A stretch of DNA of 64,000 nucleotides, from contig CP068257.2 in assembly GCA_009914755.4 (NCBI GenBank), forward strand, positions 41,824,001 through 41,888,000, written 5' to 3'. The position numbers and the translations under genes are program-made. Every line of letters begins with the position of its first letter. The stretch's first letter is position 1. The DNA comes from the human T2T-CHM13v2.0 reference genome, Homo sapiens. The notes under the pieces are model-generated. The model was not told the origin of the DNA. It ran no database searches and saw nothing but the letters and a program-made list of their open reading frames with translations. Shown here in pieces: positions 60,346 through 64,000 of this stretch.

Positions 60346-61303
60346 AAGGCAACTCTCACCAATCATGGTGTCCATGAGAAATGAAGTGTATTCTCCCTTG
60401 CTCTCTGCCAGTGGCCTAGAAAACAAGCTGGATGGCAACCAGTAGGTAGATAACACAGACATGGCAGGGCCCTGGCATACAGGCACACCCATGCACAAAA
60501 AGGGAGCTGGAACTATCATTTCATTTATGGAATCTCAACTAACTGCATGTGTTCTAATCTATTATACAAGTTGTTTTTACAGCATTTGTTATAAGAAAAA
60601 TAGGACTTCTAAGTTTATAGCCAAAGGGCCCAGAACAGTTTAAGGAAGAGTTTTTTTTCCACCAACCAAGAGTAGCATGGTAATATGCAGAAATCTAACT
60701 TCCTAATATCAAGTTTAGATTTTAGACAGCAAGGGTCGTAATACAACTCTTCTGATTTTCTTTATTCAAAAATAAAAGAGGCACAAAAAATATAGAACTA
60801 AAATGCCCAATGTCATCCGAAATAGCAGGTTCACCAAAAGGTTATAAAAGTAAACTTGCATTTTGGGGGGATTAATTACAATTACTAGAGAGAGAATGAA
60901 TTGCTTTTCAAAGAAATGTATCTCAAGAAAATGCTGACTAATGGGGTAGATGGTTATTCAATTTCCCTGTTTTATAGGTGAACCTACAGGTCATGGTCTG
61001 CTGAGCAGCAAGAAGCTGCCCTAAGCAAGCCCTCTTCCAGCCAGCACAGACATGGACCACTTTTCCAGAAGGACAGGTTCTTTCATGGCCTCTCCTTTGG
61101 CAAGCTTAACCAACCACCTACAAGCACTCTCACTTCCAAGACAAAGTTATGTGGGATACATATCAATTCATGTCCATCTCTAGTCAATCACATTTTGCCA
61201 ACTCTAACACATGGTACATGGTGATGGTTTTGGAGTATCAAATGAGGGATCTGGGGAGAAGGGACACCGGCATTTTCACCAAAACCCTGGTGGCCGAGCA
61301 CAC

Positions 61304-61512
61304 CTACACATTATGCTCCAGAGTGCGGAGATCTTCCAGGAGCTCCTGGGCTGCGGTTTGCAGGCGGGGGTTGCGGCTCTTGGACATTGCCAGGATGCGT
61401 TGCAGGGGCAGGGAGCTCCGGAACTCAGAGGCCGACTTGGAGAAGACTTCAGGTTCCAGAACCACAGACTGGACAAGCCTCAGTACATGAAGGCACACCT
61501 CTGCATCTGGAT
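61304..61512 (-). CDS. Candidate terminal coding exon of an unidentified minus-strand gene. The coordinates cover the 3' part of a split codon, 68 codons and a TAG stop.
   Basis: On the minus strand the exon is preceded by cattacctcttttccctag, a polypyrimidine tract plus AG, at plus 61513-61531. The frame reads (D)PDAEVCLHVLRLVQSVVLEPEVFSKSASEFRSSLPLQRILAMSKSRNPRLQTAAQELLEDLRTLEHNV and the stop is TAG at 61304-61306. In-frame sequence further upstream is antisense Alu (…[12 protein letters not shown]…), which is intronic. The peptide has non-repetitive, helix-rich, HEAT/ARM-like composition. I could not match it to a protein from memory. Confidence 0.45.
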
Positions 61513-61547
61513 CTAGGGAAAAGAGGTAATGCTTCTGGTTAGAATAA

Positions 61548-61939
<392 letters not shown>

Positions 61940-62229
61940 TGAATAACACGTTTGACAGTTTAGAAAACTACAGGATAACCCAGAAACACAGTCACTGCTT
62001 GATATAAAAGCTTAGCTCATAAAAGCAGCATCAAAAAACTCAATAGTCTAATAACCATCATCTTCAAATATTACAGTCATACAATTTTAAAGTGTTAAAC
62101 TAGAAAGATGAGGGCTTTCTCTGTTTGCTAGTGAGGACTAAACTCTGATTTTTTTTATCTTGCCCAAATTCCTATCTAAGGGGTCTGGGGAGTCATGTCC
62201 TACAAATCACAAATTCTCATCAGATGGGT

Positions 62230-62831
62230 TTTATTTAACCCTATATATCATGACTTTCCAACCTGACTCTGGCATAACATTATGAGACAAGAAAGAAAAT
62301 AAAAATACTTTACCCCAAAATATGTTTCTTTGCCATATTTTGAAATGGCCCTGCAAAGCTGTTCTTTGTGGGGGAAAATCTGCATTTGTAAAGAATCTCT
62401 ACTAACATAGCTAGATCTTTTTCTTCGAGACCCTCCTAATCCTAAAGAGATTAACTAAGATCTGAATAGGAAACATCTGTCATCTATTGTCTCTAAGGCA
62501 GCCACCATAAGACTTCAAAAGAACTTGGATGTCCACAATCTTTACCTTAACCTGAACATTCCCTTTCTATCAATCCCAGGTCTTTATCAATCAGAAAATG
62601 TTTAAATTCACCTATAGCCTGGAAGCCCCACGCCCCCCAGCTTTGTCCCACTTTTCTGGACCAAACCAATGTATTTCTTAAATGTTTTTGATTGATGTCT
62701 CACACCTCTCTAAAATGTATAAAGCCAAGCCGCACCCAACTACCTTGGGCACATGTTCTCAGGACCTCACTCATATTTGGCTCAGAACAAATCTCTTCAA
62801 ATATTTTGCAGAGTTTGACTCTTTGTCGACA
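62230..62831 (+). mobile_element. LTR-like repeat copy 4, 5'-truncated
   Basis: ...agaaagaaaataaaaatactttaccccaaaatatgtttctttgccatattttgaaatggccctgcaaagctgttctttgtggggg...cctatagcctggaagccccacgccccccagctttgtcccacttttctggaccaaaccaatgtatttc...ctaaaatgtataaagccaagccgcaccc...ggctcagaacaaatctcttcaaatattttgcagagtttgactctttgtcgaca aligns to 57300-57924 of copy 3. Confidence 0.55.
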
Positions 62832-63824
62832 GTAGCATTCTGTCCACTTATAAGATTGTTTTAAAAAGTATTACTTCTTTTTCACTCCAATTGCAGCAAA
62901 TCCCTCAGGGACCACATACAGATACAGCACTTATCAGGGCCACTGAGTTTACACAATGTCACTGGGTATATAAAATTCACGTTGTTTATTTTCCATGGGA
63001 ATGGCCCCAGGACTTATAGAATCTGGTAGCCTTGCATACATTGTAGCAACCACTAAAAAATAGCTAGACAAACCCACTGGAAGCTTCAATCCATCACCAG
63101 AGTGGAGCCAACTTTCCTTACCATTCCTCTCTACTGGCAGCCTTTACGATGCCGTAAATTCACTCCTTGACTGGGTACTGCAACTGGAACCAGGCTCAAA
63201 ATCAGCACCTCTTTCTTAGCACATTTACTTAACAAATAAAAAAATTAAAAAAAAACCTTTTAAGATGTAGACTGAAAGAGCAGACTGAACAGTCTCTCAG
63301 TGGGAGCTGCCACAGCACTAAGCCCTAACAAGAAGCTTCTCACCTACAGAATCAGAAGACTGCTGTGGCCAGGGAAGATAAAAGGCAATCTGCTCTAGCC
63401 CTCAGGGAGGGTCCAGGAGCCATCTTAAGCCAGCCTGTTAGAGTCCTCCTACTTTGGGGGAAGGGAGGGGAACTTTCTCTAGTAGAGACCTGCCAAAGAT
63501 AAGGGGCAGCTAAGGCAGACACAGAGGCAAGGCCAAAAGCCATGGGTGAAGACGCTTTGGCAACTCAGCCCTCATCCTAAGCTCAAGGAAAGGTTAGAGG
63601 AATTTGAAGCCAGTGGGATGGAAGGTACATACACAACAACAAAACCCAGACCCACCTTAACTCCCCAACAATGAAAACCCAGCGGAAAAAGAGGAGTGGC
63701 CATTCCTGAATATAACACTATCTACCCACCTCATTCCCCTCTACAGAGAGGGTACGCATGGCCCAGAGGCCAAAGGTAGCCCATGACCCGTTTCTGTACA
63801 GCCTGCAAGCTAAGAATGGTTTTA

Positions 63825-63852
63825 CTTTTTTTTTCTTCTTCTTCTTCTTCTT

Positions 63853-63883
<31 letters not shown>

Positions 63884-63884
63884 T

Positions 63885-63920
<36 letters not shown>

Positions 63921-63932
63921 TCCTCCTCCTCC
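63825..63932. repeat. Composite T-run, (TTC)n, (CCT)n and poly-C microsatellite. It occupies the tail of the antisense Alu that follows.
   Basis: tttttttttcttcttcttcttcttctttcctcctcctcctcctcctcccccccctcctctcctcctcctcctcctcctccccccccctcctcctcctcc. Confidence 0.9.
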
Positions 63933-64000
63933 TTTTGGAGACAGGGTCTTGCTCTGTCTCCCAGGCTGGAGTACTCTGGTACAATCATGGCTCACTGCAG
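63933..64000 (-). mobile_element. Alu SINE (antisense), truncated by the window end
   Basis: ttttggagacagggtcttgctctgtctcccaggctggagtactctggtacaatcatggctcactgcag. Confidence 0.9.

Overview
This window is primate (almost certainly human) nuclear genomic DNA, GC-rich and heavily repeat-laden; it is not a prokaryotic or viral locus. I count about 24 Alu SINEs on both strands, most with poly(A) or poly(T) tails and many with readable target-site duplications. There are three clear L1 LINE fragments, some nested with Alus, plus shorter L1-like pieces. Two MaLR (THE1/MST-type) LTRs, two MIR fragments and a Tigger/MER44-like DNA-transposon remnant are also present. Four same-orientation copies of an LTR-like repeat that I cannot name lie between 50.2 and 62.8 kb. 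Low-complexity sequence is abundant: degenerate CA-rich and GT-rich blocks, perfect (CA)n runs, a GAA/GGA microsatellite, and four minisatellites with unit lengths of 21, 29, about 32 and about 108 bp. Almost every long ORF in the supplied six-frame track falls inside Alu sequence, a minisatellite or GC-rich low-complexity DNA. I reject those as coding. The only protein-coding signal I can defend is a candidate terminal coding exon on the minus strand at 61304..61512. It has a textbook polypyrimidine/AG acceptor, a 68-codon clean reading frame ending in TAG, and Alu-derived (intronic) sequence immediately upstream. I could not assign it to a named gene from memory. I see no CpG island, tRNA, rRNA, CRISPR array or operon-like organisation. 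I found no novel biological system here, and the findings below are the modest things worth a second look.
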